Source: Cenococcum geophilum (lineage: Eukaryota). From it: a stretch of 64,000 nucleotides of DNA. Positions 48,983 to 62,904 of the stretch are shown in pieces (the stretch's first letter is position 1; each line of letters begins with the position of its first letter). Under the pieces are notes generated by a model. That model was not told the DNA's origin. It did not search any database and was given only the letters and a program-made list of their open reading frames with translations. The position numbers and the translations under genes are program-made. The stretch spans positions 4,960,001 through 5,024,000 of the forward strand of contig CP158635.1 in NCBI GenBank assembly GCA_050273025.1, given 5' to 3'.

Positions 48983-50986
48983 TTAATACCTCCAAGCAGC
49001 ACGTAAGGCCTTGACAGCCATTGCTGTGGGAACGCCACGATTTCCAATCTTCATTTTAGTCTTTCCATAAAGACACACCCATGCTGTCTCCCACCCTCCA
49101 TCATCAAGTTGAAGGGAGAGTAGACACTGCAGATCCCTATCATCCGTCATACCGAGCGCCTGCGCGGCGAGTAATCGCAGAACAATTCCCATCATGTCAT
49201 TATCGCAGCCAAACCGCTCAGCTAGACGGTCCTCTACAAGCTTTCGGAGCTCTATTATCTCCGAGTCGCTGTTTTCTGCACAAAGATGACCAAGGTAGTA
49301 GAAAATCCAGTCTGGGCAGAGGTAGTATCGAGTTCCATGCATGTAAGCACGCATGAGCAGAATCTGGCGCATCCATGCAAGAGGCTTGGAAAGCTCTTTT
49401 CCGCGTCCCTTGCGGTAGAAGAGGCGAAGAACGTTCGCATTGATAAATGGGTCCAATCGGGGTCGATTGTGGTCAAAGTAAGTCTGGACGGATATTTAAA
49501 TATCAAAAGCGAAGAGTTCGATCCTGTTTCAGAAAACTTACAAGGAGTAAGCCATCACTATTGACATACTTTAGCATATCATCCATTACAGACTTCGTTA
49601 CTTCCTTCGTCATTTCCAGCCCTAGAAATGCAAGAGTAGTGGCATCGAGATCGTCCGGGAAATTCGAATCCGTTAGAACGGGTTCGTCAATGAACATACC
49701 CCATGTGGGGCGATTACTTGCTAACGTTACTAGATTTCTAAACAATATTCAGTATCACCAAATGGACCATGGACATAGATAAGGCTAGTTGGAAAACTCT
49801 TACCTGTTGCCCGAAGCATGAAGAATGAGCAGCTGCGCGAAATTATCGCGGATAGTGACTCCAGTTTCTGTCACAGAAAACATCTTTCCAGCATTTCTGT
49901 TAAGGTACTCTTCCCCACGTCTAACTGGATCACTGAATTTGTTTTTGAGAAGAGTTCTGACGTTCTCGCTCGTATTAAAGACAATGCCTTGCATGCCTAA
50001 ACACTCAGCAGCAATAACATTCTCGATTCGATCATCCACAAAAATTGTAGACTGAGGGTCAACCTTTGTCTTTTCCAACAAATGCTGATAGAAAGCAAAA
50101 TTGGGTTTCCTGACCCCAGCCCGCCCAGAAGTGAAGACGCTCTCGAATATATCCCATTCCGAAAGGTCCTTATGCAGGAGCTCAAAATCCGGAATTGAAA
50201 TATTAGACATAGCCAGTGCTTTAATCAATATTCAATATCAATATGGGGTCGTATTGATATTGATATTGAACATGCATTTAATATTGATATTATATTGAAT
50301 ATTGAAATTTTTGCCAAGCCTCCATACAAATATAAAGTAAGGACCGTGCACCTGATGATATAATCACGTCGAAGACCTTCCCCCTCCCCCTCCTCCCCTT
50401 GCCCCCCCTTTAGGATACACTCTATTTCTCTATTACTCCTACCTACATACCCATTTATTCACCTATGCACATAGCCTAGTGTATATATGGGCATAATATA
50501 GGCCTATTTAGCTATAAAATTAAATATTCTTAGTATATGTATATATTTTTTCAATATTCAATATATTGAATATTGACACTTTTTGTATTGATATTGAATA
50601 TTGAATGATCAATATTCAATATTCAATAACTTTAATCAATATTGAATATAGATTAAAGCACTGGACATAGCGAAGACGCGCAGCTCGCCATCGGCTGTTG
50701 CTTTGAGTTCTTTGATCAGTGCAACAAGATCTTCATCATACCGTAATGTAGACGTAGCTAAACCTATTGTGTGCTGGAGTTCCTCAGGTTTAAATTGAAA
50801 CTCGTTGCCGATCATGTCGTAGCACTCTTGTCTCGATATGCGCCCACATTCATACTCATGCCAAGTCGGCGAGCTGAAGACGGCTTTTAGTTGTGAAGGC
50901 TTTATTGAAGAGTTTGTAGGAGTTGAGTAACTGAAGAAGACGTCGCCGAGATCCATAATCAAGGCTCGAAAAGGAGAGGGGCCCAT
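48983..50986 (-). pseudogene. HAD-like hydrolase / class II terpene cyclase fusion (AstC/DrtB-like), interrupted by a MITE
   Basis: HAD motifs IMDLGDV, AMSN, RKP, FVDD; cyclase motifs FPDDLDATT, YFDHNRPRLDP, QLDDGGW; frame restored exactly by removing 50214-50663 plus one TSD. Confidence 0.85.
50214..50663. mobile_element. hAT-type MITE (450 bp)
   Basis: 25-bp TIRs CAGTGCTTTAATC(A/T)ATATTCAATAT; perfect 8-bp TSD GACATAGC at 50206-13 and 50664-71; ATATTGA subterminal arrays. Confidence 0.93.
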
Positions 50987-51792
50987 CTTTACAAGTACTG
51001 ATATAGCCAATCCTAGCCTCAAGACGTATGATGCAAAGTAAATGTAGGAGAATATATTCAGATGGAATGAATTGATGCTATGTATCCAGACTATGCGTAA
51101 GTTTAAATATTTTTTTATTATTTGGACTATGCTTACATCCAGCTCTAATCGATGGCTTTGTAATATTAATTCAAGCTACAAGGCCCGGAGTAGCTCTCAC
51201 ACCCTCCAAGCTTTTTTCTGCGCGTCTTACCTGCAGTTTCTATTCACGTTCAATTGATAGAGCTGTCGGTCGACTGTGCGGTAAGCGTTCCTTTTCTTAG
51301 CAGAACTAAATCTCTATTAGGCAAATGTAAGTTAACATAGCCGTGCATGGTCAACCGGGACTTGCGGCTAGGATATTGCAGGACATGTTAGTCAGAAAGG
51401 ATCCGACAAGAAGTCACAGACTTGCTAATAGGCAGGCTAAGTAGGCTTGTAGGACGTGCGTGGGCCGTGCAAGAACCAATTTCTGGTACAAGCTCATGTG
51501 CAAGGTCATGATTAGGGTATGTGTTAGCAAGCACCGTCCTCATTTTGAGCTTTGTACGCTCTGCGCACGTCCTGGCTTGCTTATTAGCAAGTCTGCAATG
51601 TCAAGAAGCGATGATCCTAGTACGCAGTGATAGCAATAAGTAATTAGTTATGATTATGTTGTATTATCAGGAATATAACTAACTTAATTGTAATAGCACC
51701 TGCTTAGGGCTCACAATGGGTTGGGTAGGCGTGGATAATACTACCTTACTCCCTACCCAGTCACGGAGTGGGTGTATGAAAAAGTATACACC

Positions 51793-51940
51793 TGTGAGGT
51801 GACATGCTCTACGCCACTCGGCTACCAGACAAACCCAAAAAGGTAAACGAGTATCTGGCACACTTGCCAGGTACGCGCGTAGAACAATATATAAGCGAGG
51901 TAACGGCCGGGTCCCCGACGCACGGGCCCGCCACCTGACA
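51793..51940. mobile_element. Short solo LTR (148 bp)
   Basis: TGTGAGG...CCTGACA termini, 5-bp TSD ACACC (51788-92, 51941-45), internal TATATAA; homologous to 63800-63926. Confidence 0.8.
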
Positions 51941-52071
51941 ACACCCTTGAATACCCAAATGTCCTAAAAGAATTACCTATAAATAATTAACCCTACTGGG
52001 TAATACCCGAAGACCCAGTCACGTGAAAAAGAGGGAGAGAGAGGTATTATAGTAGATATTATAGTAGATAT

Positions 52072-52190
52072 AGAGCTTTGGCGGAGCCTTGATAGACTAT
52101 ATAGAGCTTCGATAGAGCTCCGTGTAGAGCTTTGGTAGAGCTTTATGCGGAGCCTTAGCAGAGCTCCGTATAGAGCCTTTGGCAGGGCCT
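52072..52190. repeat. Degenerate tandem array of AGAGC(T/C) units
   Basis: About nine irregularly spaced (A/G)GAGC(T/C) units at roughly 11-13 bp intervals. Confidence 0.55.
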
Positions 52191-52370
52191 CTGACTCGGT
52201 TTGGCGCGTGCTGTATTTAACTAAGAGTCTACTAATCTATAATAATTTTAGCTTAAAGCTAGACTCTACACCGGCTCGTCGCATCCGGTTGAAAGCGCTG
52301 CCGACTATTCGGAGAAACCCGCCTGTTTACTAGGTAAAATGGGGTTAATCTCCGACAAAACTATAGTACC

Positions 52371-52553
52371 TGTCAGATAACTCATATAGAGCTATTCATT
52401 GATGAAATGGGTTGATTGATTGATGATCTTGATCGTCTTGATGGATGCTTGACCTAGGGCCCCTAGGCTTAGACGAAGATATTTACAATACACGTGACCC
52501 GTGCACGTGGCCCGTGCACGTCCTACGCCACCGAGAATATAGATTATCTGATA
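52371..52553 (-). repeat. 3' LTR of copia element
   Basis: Direct repeat of 63341-63523; adjacent purine tract AAGGGGGTA on minus strand. Confidence 0.93.
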
Positions 52554-55500
52554 TACCCCCTTAGCTTCGACCTGGTTGAGGACAAAGCTAGCTACCTTCT
52601 CGTGTCCGTTTATGCGTTAATTGAACCGTAATCTTATCTAAATCCTTCCTTCTCGCCCTAACCTTCTCCCTTAGGTCCTCTAGTTGCTTCTCCTTATTTA
52701 GCCGCTCCTTAATATCTACTATTCCGATTATATTAACAAAGCTCTTGAACCTCTGCTTAGGTAGGGCCTTTATAAGTCCATTAGCGATTATCTCCTTCAT
52801 CGCTTTCTATTGTAATAGCACTCGTCTTATTACGTATTCTTAACGCAACTAGTGTTAATAGATGTTAACGTGTCGGAGCTTCGTGATTAGCTTTACCGTG
52901 TCTTTTATAATTAGTTAGAGTGTCTAAATATTGTTATAGTTGATAATTAAGGGCTTATTTAGGTGTAACGTTATTACTTTAAATAGCCTACTAATAAAGA
53001 TAGCTTCCTTTGCTGTCTGTAATAGGGCTAATAACTTGGCTTCTGTGCTTAACGTCGTAACAGTACCTTACTTGTTTACTCTCTAGGCAATCGGCCCCCT
53101 AAATAGCTTTATAATATATCCTTGTGAGCTTTTTCTATTAACGGAGTTGTCCGCAAATAATGCGTCGCTAGTATAGATAAATAATTGCGCTTTACTTCTA
53201 CTGTCTCCGTCGTCTCGTCCTTAGTCGCGTATTCCTTTATCTCTCCCTCTACCGTTTATTCCTTCCTTATCTCCTCTATAGTAGATTGCTCTACTCCTTA
53301 TGCTATATAGGTACTAAATAACTCTGTCTGCCGCTTAATAGTGTTTTTAGCTTGGGTCCTAATTAAACCTTACTAGCTGTAATACTGTAAAGGCAATATC
53401 TGGACGCGTTATAGTGGCTATATAGAGTACTAAACCTAGTTTTCTCTAATATAACATTATAGAAGCTAGTAGGGATATAGGACGGACTAATAGGTCTGTA
53501 TTAGGGGACGGACGTATTAAACGGATTATACGGTAATTAGTAGGGAGGAGTTCTGATTCTGCCATAGGAGTGTCTAGAAGACGCCCTCTAAGATCTATCT
53601 TATACTAGTTAGCTATCTTCTTAATATAGGCTTCCTGGGATAGCTATAGGAGCCTTTAGCTATGATTACGTAACACGTAAATTTTTAGGAACTATTTTAG
53701 CTCGTTAAGGGTACTTATCTGGTATTCCTTGCTTAGCTCTTTAATTGCTTTTTAAGCTTTTTTTATCTATCTTTTAGTAGTAGAAGACAATATTGTCAAT
53801 ATAGAAGAAGATAACTATTTTACCTTTTAGCATAACACACGGCTCCTAGGGTACTTCTTTAAAACCTAATTCGTTTAATAAGCTTATGAGATTCTTCTGC
53901 TATAATAGTGGTGATTATTATAGTCCGTATAGGGCTTTTTTTAAGCGTAGTACTTTGTCTATTTTTTCTTTATTAAACCCTAGCGGTAGCTTTATATAGA
54001 CGACCTTGTTAAGATTATAATAGACAAATATATTGACTATATCTATCTATATCGTCTCTAGGTTAAATTTTGTAGTGATCGCTATAAGGGTTTGGAAGGT
54101 TATACTAGCTAATATAGTAGCTCTTATAGGTAGGTCTCCTAGGGCCTATTAATTTCCGTAGACTACTAAGCGTGCCTTACATTTCTGGAGAAATCTATAC
54201 TTGTCCGTCTTATAGACGAATACCTATATTAAGCTAAGGACCTGCTGTTTCTTTACGTGCTTCTTATCTATTTCTTAAAACGACCTTATTTAATAATGAG
54301 ATTATAGATAGGCTTGTTGAGCCTCTTAGAACTAATCTTAAAAAGGATGCGTATTAAGGTCCTAGATTAACTTAGGTGGCGAAGGTAAGTTCTTCCTATA
54401 TAATCTAATACCGCGTATTCTGCCTGATTTTAGCTTACTATTATTAAGTTAACTATTAAGGTTAAACTTCCTTCTTACTAAGAAGGCGCTGTAATAGGCT
54501 AATGTAATCCTTTTAGTTATAAAGTCTTTAAACCTATTATTACTAGCTTCCTTAAACGAGTCTTTAATTAAGTTATTAGATACCCCCTAAGTGTTAAATA
54601 TATCTCCTATTTAATAAGCAATGTCTTAATTAGTACCTTATATATCTGACTTTATAGAATACTTAACGTAAAAGGCATATAGAGATTCTTCGTCTTCTTT
54701 TATTGGAGGTGGTGTATAGTACGCATCTTTAAGAGCTCTTGTAAGCTCGAGATCTGCTAACTTATTAAAGGCTTAAACTGGCTTATTAATGTTGTTGTCT
54801 TCCTCTTAAATTAACGGTTTAAATACTTCTTTATTATCTTTTAGAAGGACCTCATTCTTAGTTTAGGTATTAGGTAGTTAAATCTTTTTAATTAGTGTAT
54901 CTAATTTAGCGTATAGGTCCTCTAAGATGTCTGTTCGCTTACCGTTAAAGAATATCTTTTTATTAAAGATAATATCCCTTATAGAGATAATAATACCCTT
55001 ATATAGGATCTATATCCTATAGATATTTATAGAGTTATAGCCGATAAGATAGCTAATATAGGCTCGCGGATCTAGCTTACTTAGCCTTTTCTTCCTTAGC
55101 TAGGCGTCCGACGTTATTATATACGCCCTACAGCCGTAGGCTTTTAGGTGCGTTAGTTGCGGCTTTTTTAATCTCTTATTGGCTAGGAAGGTATAGAACC
55201 TCTTATATAGTAATATCTAACCATTACTTTCCCGTGGCGTTTAATCTTAAAGGTAAACTATATAGTTAACTATCTCGTTCTATAGGTTGTGTGGTAGATT
55301 AGTAGCAATTCTTATTACTTATGCTCTCTTAATAATTATACCCCCTAAGTATTTAGTAGTACCGTTTTAAGCTTATATATATGGCGCTGAAGGCTTAAAT
55401 ATAATCCCTTAAGTCTGTAGCTATTTAAGGGTTTTCCTTCTCCCTAGCTCGTTGTCTAATCTTATAGTGTTAACTTTAAGGTTATACCTTAGACGAATCT

Positions 55501-57327
55501 ACTAGATGAAATCTTTAAGCACCTATAGTGTCTCCTTTTCCTTACCGTGCGTTGTTATAAAATATAGAAAGGATCTTCCTAAATAGGTGTTATAGATAAG
55601 TATAACTTATACAAATCTAGTATACGCTTTCTTAAGGTTAGTTTAGTTAATATAGAGGTTAAAATAGGGTTTATTAATCTTTTGTTTTAAGAACCTTCTT
55701 AAGACCTAACGCTTAATTTTAGCGAGACTGTAATGTTAATATTCCGTTGTCTTTAGGCCTTAAAGCTTAACTCTTAAGGCGTTAAGACCTAAATAATAAA
55801 GGCTTATAGGTCCTGGATAACTTAGATACAGATACTATAGATATGCATCTCCTTTTAAATCTAGATAAGTGTTTCTTAATAATGCTCTGCGCTTCCGTTG
55901 GCGTAGTAGTTGGCTTATATTAAATACTAATCGACTTCCTAGTTAGACGTATTTAATAGTCTATTATCTATAATGTTCTTTTATTTAATATAGGACTAAG
56001 TTATCCTTTTAAACTAGAAGATTGTTCTCTTCTTTATTGTCCTAGTAGTACCCTTATTTTTGAAGTAGACGGAACGACACTAGATTTGTATTAAAGTCCG
56101 TATAAAAGGTAACGTTTTTAAGACGTAGGATTCCCTTGCTCTTATTTGGTTTTGTGACTTAGACAGTGATGTTACTATAGCCTAGTATAGGCACTTCTAA
56201 GCTGCCGGCGATAATATATTTAAGTCTTAGAGCTTTCCTAAAGTTATAGAAACAAGAGAGGTTATTAAAGATATAGAGAGTAGTTCCTAAGTTAAGAATA
56301 GTTAATAGCTTTAGTAGATAGATTTAACCTGTGTAATATAATTCTAGGAATATTATATTAGCTTTTCCCTTAATCTTAACTTCCTAACTCTTATCCTGTT
56401 GTTATTAAGCTTTATTAGCATCTAATTCCTTAAGCTTAAGTTATTCCACTGAGGCAGCTAGATCCTTATTATACTTTACCTTTTTATACACCTTCTTTAT
56501 ACGTATACCCTTGGCATTAAATCCTTTAGGCCTTTTACACTTAAATAGATACTAATAATTAGGAAGGGTATATCCCCTTATATTATATGCTAGGTATTTT
56601 AGGTTTTTTAACTTCTTAGAAGACGTCTCTTTAGTTAAATTTATTCCTGCCCTTTTTTAACTGCGAGATAAGCTATTCCCTCTTCCCTTTTGGACTTTAG
56701 TAGTAGAGATATCCTCTTTAGATTTTTCTGCGAAGTCTATATTAAATACACTCCCTCTAGTAGTTAAGGATGGTATAACTTTTAAGAGGTTTGCGAATGC
56801 TTCCCGTAGCTCTATTGCTACTTTACGGTATTCTAATAAGTGAGCCTTTTTAATATTATTGGCCTGTTTAGTGTATATAATAAAATAGATTTCGCTTATA
56901 GGTTATATTGTATTTATAAGGTCTATAAACCAGATCCTATTAATTATCTATAGAAGGTTATACTTCTCTGCCATCTTTATTATATACTCCCATTAATTAA
57001 GCTACTAGGTAACCTTTATCTACTTAAATCCCTTAAGTAATTTTATATACTATAGTTATACCTTCCTTATTATAAAGTTCTTCAAGGGCTTAGTGTCTTC
57101 TTTTAACTAAGTTAGCTATTCCTTAACTATAAGGGAAGGGTTAAGCAGCAGCTTCTTCTAAATTAATACTATAGATATAATCTGGGTGCGGATCTATTAG
57201 AGATAATCTTCCTGTTTTAGGAAATACTTTATATTCTGGTCGTAGTATCATCTACTATTATTATACGCTTTCTGCTAATTTGTTAAGAGCTATGTATATA
57301 AGGTTATATTCTTATTAAAATCTATAA

Positions 57328-60300
57328 GAAGAATAGACTTGCTAGAGCTCTTGCTGTACCCGGCCCAAAAAAGACCAAAACCAACCAAAAGAACCCTGAA
57401 AAAACACCCAGAGAATCCCCCTAAGATGCACGCATCGCAGGGGAGGCACACGTCGAACGACGGTGGTTTGTACTCGCGCGCGTCCACTAGAACCACGCCT
57501 AGCAATAGCCCTCCACAATAAGAACGGGCGAATACTATACTATAAAGCGGAAAGACCTCTATTAAGAAGGCATCTAATAAAATATAAAGCCTATTAAACG
57601 CGTTTAGTATCTGTAGTTGCGGGGGAGTAACCGTTAGCTATAACGAACTAATACAGCTAGCAGAATGGCTCCGCTAGTCTAGCGAACCTTAGGCGCCCCT
57701 CTAGTAAACCCTTAATTAAATCCTCTAATAGCTAAGTAAAATTAAAAATAAATAAAACCCTTCCTTACCGGCGAACCGTACCTAGGCCGCCGTAGCTACG
57801 CTTTTATAATATAGGGAACCTACTCCCCTAAAGACAATATCTAGGTATATAATTATAATACGACCAAATATAGAAAAAGTAGAGGGGCTTAGGGGATAAT
57901 TAGAAATAGAAGTTCTTACGGAGATTTATAAAGAGGTCTATAACGCTGTTATAGTCTAATACCTTAGGAGTAGAGATATTAGAGTTACCCTAAGGGACTA
58001 GTAGGTAAAGGAACGAGCTATAAGGGTAGGGGATAGGCTAGGAGAACGTATTAGCATAAAAGTGCTCCGCAAAGATTACCCAGTTAAAGTCTTAGCGGTT
58101 CCCCTAAGCCTTAGGGTAGAAAAGGGACGCTAGGCGGATAATACAGCAATTATATATAAGATAGTAAAATAAACAGAACGCCTTATACTAGGACTTAAGA
58201 TTACCCGAATCTAATGGCTATAATAGGAAAATATAAACTAAGTATATAATAAGAATAACGAAAGAATATAAGGGTTACTAGAGACTTGCTAGGGAGGCGC
58301 CGGTCAAACGTATAGCTCCCTTATTATTAGTACACATATACTAGGAATGCAAAAACTCCTTATCTAAAAAGGTATTATTATAAATGGCCTTATATACGAT
58401 ATAAGGCTCTATAACCATAAACTCCGCCTAGAATAATACTATTGCTATATATAATAGGGACACACCCAATCTACATACGCAGTATAGGTGTGCTATAGCT
58501 ACTATGCAGGCCCCCACGATATAAGATATTGCTTAAATTAAGACTAAATAAAATGCGTAAACTGCTACCAAAGCATATATAAGGCGTGGGAGAGAGAAAA
58601 CTGCATTAAATATAGGAGACGGAAGGTAAGGGCTTAACAGCTGCGGGAATAACTGCACGCTAGGTTATATAAATGGAAATAATAGGCGATAAGCTAGGGG
58701 GGCGCAGGTGCCTTTCTAGCGTTTCCTACCTTTAATATTGGGGGGCTAGGCCAGCCATTCTAAGCCTTAATAGGCTAGAAGCGACGCCGCGTAATATTAC
58801 TAGACTATATAGGGATATAAGGGTTATAGGGAATATAAGGGAGAGGACGCCCTATAGGAAGACCCTTATGGACAGCTATAGTAAGCTTAAGACTAGGATA
58901 ATTAAGAATTAGACTTAACGCGGTAAATATAACATTTATAGCCAACTCTTAAAGGGTATATAGCTAACTAGTAAGAATAGGGGAAAAACCGGAGATAATA
59001 ATAGATTTAGATATAGAAGCGCTAGTAGGAATATAAGATACGGGAATAGAAAGCTCTATATAAAATAAGTAGTAACTAGGGTGTAAATATAAGAGATAGA
59101 AGTTCTAAATATCCTAGAGAAAGTAGAAATAGAAGAAGTAAGGAATAAAGGAAAGGCGAAGGACTCTTACTAGGGGTCCGCCACCTATCTATTATATAGT
59201 ATAACTGCAGCAATATAAACCACTGTCTTGTAAGGCCCTTACTAGACAGCCTAGACCCAGAGAAATACTATATCCTTGCTATATAAGAGCCGTATTATAA
59301 TACCTATATATAATTAATATACTACCCCTAAGGATTCCAGCTCCTATATAAACTAAAAGCAGCTATACGCGTATGCTTTATAATTAGTAAGGCTATCAGC
59401 CTATCTTTATAGTTATAGCAGGTAGTTAACCTAGATATTACAGTAATAATAATCCAGATATATAGGGGACCGGTATAGATTATTAATATGTATAACCCTA
59501 GGGTCGAAGGGGTCCTATAAATAAAGAATATTATATTAGCAATAAGCTTACTAGAAACTAAAGGTATAGAGTTTATTCTATTAGAAGATATAAACCTCTA
59601 CTACCCGCGGTAGGGGGGTATTTATATTACTGCTAAATAATAGGTAGAGTGCCTACTAAGAGCTATAAATACTGGGGGCCTTAAGCTGGCTACCCCCCTA
59701 GGAGTAATTATATGGTAATGAGGCACCGCTAGAAGTATAATTAACCTTATATTTATGGACGAAGGCCTATACTAGAGACTTAAAAGGTATAAACTTAAAG
59801 AAGAATAGGCACTCGCCTTAGACTATATCCCTATTTAAATACAGCTAGATCTAAATATTAAGGCGTAACTAAATAGTAAAAGATATGTAATAAGAAAGCT
59901 TAAAATAAATAGCTTCCTTAATACAGTTAAACAACAACTTTAAGACCTAGAAAAAATTCACCCGATACTAAACGAGCGAGGCTTATTAGCTACCCCTAAG
60001 GAAATTAACCGAAGACTAGAAAGGATCTAGGCAGTAATTAAAAATGGGCTAAAAGAGTACTGCCCGGTTTTAAAACCGGGCCCCTACGCGCAATATATAT
60101 GGTCCGCATAATGCGCAATTCTTATCGCCAGCTAATGACGAGCAAGAAGAAAATATATAAGTAGCTATAATCCTAAAGACGAGAGATAATATAAAGATAT
60201 AAGAAACTAGCTAAAGAATACCCTAAAAAAAGAAGTAAGGAATAGCTAGAGATGGTTTATAAATAAGCATACTACTAACCCAAGCCTCTCCTATAATAAA

Positions 60301-62904
60301 GGTCTTTAGAAAATAGCAAAATAGGTAAAGAAAAAGGCGGGATATCTAGTAGAAGACCTATACTTTCCGCCCCTACAAAGACTAGGTGAATTACTAGCTA
60401 TAAGTAATAATAATAAGAAGGCAAAGATCCTTATAGAAAGATTTTTCCCTTAACTAGCTTTAGTAGACCTTAGTAATATTACGGGCGAAGCACCGGTGAC
60501 TTGCCTAAGGGTTAACAGTAATATAATAACTAAAGAAATAGCTAGAACTATTAGCTGCCTTTTAAATAATATAGTATTAGGACTAGATGGGATTTTAAAT
60601 AAAGCCCTAAAGACCTGCGGACCACTAATAGCACCTTAGCTTGTAGATATAGCTAGAGTATACTTTATAATAGGCTACTACCCAAGACTTGGAAGAGCTA
60701 TAATAACGTTTATCCTATATAAAGAAGGTAAAGTAGACTACTTACTCCTAGGAAGCTACCGCCCTATTGCCTTAGAGAATACCCTTAGTAAGATCTTAAA
60801 AAGGGTAATAGCGGACTGTATAGTAGATATAGCTAAGGAATACGCCTTACTACCATAAAGCTAAATAGGGGTAAGAAAGAACCGCTTAATATTATCAGCA
60901 CTTACGCTACTTACTGCTACTATTAAATCTATATGGGCGATGCGAAGGGACTTTATAGTATTAATGCTTAGCCTAGATATTAGTGGCGCCTATAATAATA
61001 TACCCCATAAGCGTCTCCTATATATCCTTAGGGCAAAAGGCTTCCTAGAATAGATTATATAATTTATTTAAGGGTTTACGGGTTAAAAAGAAATATTACT
61101 AGTCTTTAGCGGATACTAAAGCCCCCTTATTGCAGTTGCAACAGGAATACTATAAGAATTACCCCTTTCGCCTATACTCTTCCTTTTCTTTATAAGCAAC
61201 CTACTTAACCCCTTTAAGGAAGGGGCGACCTAGGGGATAGGCTTTATTAATAATACAAACCTAATTATATACGGGCTAATAGCCGTAGAGAATTATAGAA
61301 CACTAGAGAAAGTATATAATACCTATATAGAATAGGCAAGATAATATAGAGTCTAATTCTCACCAGAGAAATACTAGCTAATCTATTTTATAAGAAAACG
61401 CAACTAATCTACAGATCTTTAGCATATAATTCACATTTAAGGCTTTAGGGGTTAACCAGTTTAGGGCCTAAGAGTATTAGGAGTATAGGTAGATAGTAAG
61501 CTCTAGTAGAGCGTATATACGGCGTAAGCGGCCTATAAGGGCTAAGTATAGTATATTATATTATCTAGGATTGTTAATTCCATATAGGGTCCATACTTCT
61601 AGAGGTTACGCCTACTATATATAGCAGTTGTCCGGCTAACTATAATGTATAGGTCTAGTATCTAGGCCATTAGAGAATCTAAGAAAGGCTCCCCTAAATC
61701 GCTCCTTAAACTACTCTAAAAGGTCTAAACAGCCTGCCTTTAGAGTATAATAGGCGGATATAAGCGAACGGCCACAGCTCTGCTTAAGAAGGAAGCTAAT
61801 ATTTCCCCCCTATAACTATATATTGAAGCCACTGTAATATAAAGGGCGTAAAAGGAACGCAACTCTAATATTATAAAGTATATTAAGACACGCCTAAATA
61901 AACTATAGAGGGACCTTAGGGCGCCTTATAGGAGAACAAACTAATAACCCTAAAGTAGGGAAGATATATTAGAGAAATAGGTAAAAAAAGCAAAAGAAGA
62001 ATAGTGCTACTTTAGGGCCCAGGCCTATATAGAGGAGGAAGGGAGATGTATAAGAGGCTAGTAAGAATAATAGTAAGAGAGAGAAAGGAGCTAAAGTAGA
62101 GCATAAAAGAACGCTGGAAAACTATCTACCGTAATATAATACTGGCTAGACTAACGCTAGAGAGGTGTATAGGAGTTAAAGGTATAGAGACTAACTAAGG
62201 TAAGAGGAACCTAAGCTATAGCATAGTTAACGCTATAGGGGGTAGACACCCTAGGGCTCTAAAAAGGCCTAATAAAGGTAGAAAATATAATAGTAACGCT
62301 TTTAAGAATAGGAATAATAGAACTAAAAGACTGGCTCTATTAGGTGGGTGTCCTAGTAGGTAGCCTAAGATACGAATATAGCTAGCTAAGACAGATACTA
62401 AAACACGTAATACTATTATGCCCCTTACGTACTAACTAAAAAGTAATACTCTTAGTAGCTAGTATAGAGAACTATAAGACACTGCTCTTAATATAAAAAG
62501 GCCTTAAGGCGGTTACCTAGTGGCTTATTAGCTAAAATATACTAAACTAGTTCTGGGTTATAAAGGAAATAATAATAGAGGGCGGGGGGGTAAGCAATGG
62601 GCGCCCCCTAATAACTCTATAGTAGTAGAGTAAAGTATATAATACTAGCGCGTCCGTAGGCTAGTTACGGCAGTAGTAGTTCCTAAGGAGGTTAAAAAGT
62701 AAGGTAGTAGGAGCACTACAGGTGACTTATAGGCGCCTTGTAGGCGCCTTATAGGCGAGTCCTAAGAGGCAAGGAGATGGATTATGGGGTTTTCTCAAGT
62801 TAAGTCTTTCTTAAGTTGAGTTTTCTCCCTATATATAAATAAGGAGTAGTCCGCGTGGGCCCAATAGGGATCCGAATCGGACGTTAAGCAATGAATTATT
62901 ATTA
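57328..62904 (+). mobile_element. Full-length Tad1-like LINE, RIP-inactivated
   Basis: 16-bp TSD TTATTAAAATCTATAA (57312-27, 62905-20); (ATT)n tail; ORF1 CCHC remnants (CAGPH, KCVNC near 58500-58610); ORF2 remnants GSYRPIALENTLSK (about 60750), LDISGAY, PLSPILFL. Confidence 0.92.
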
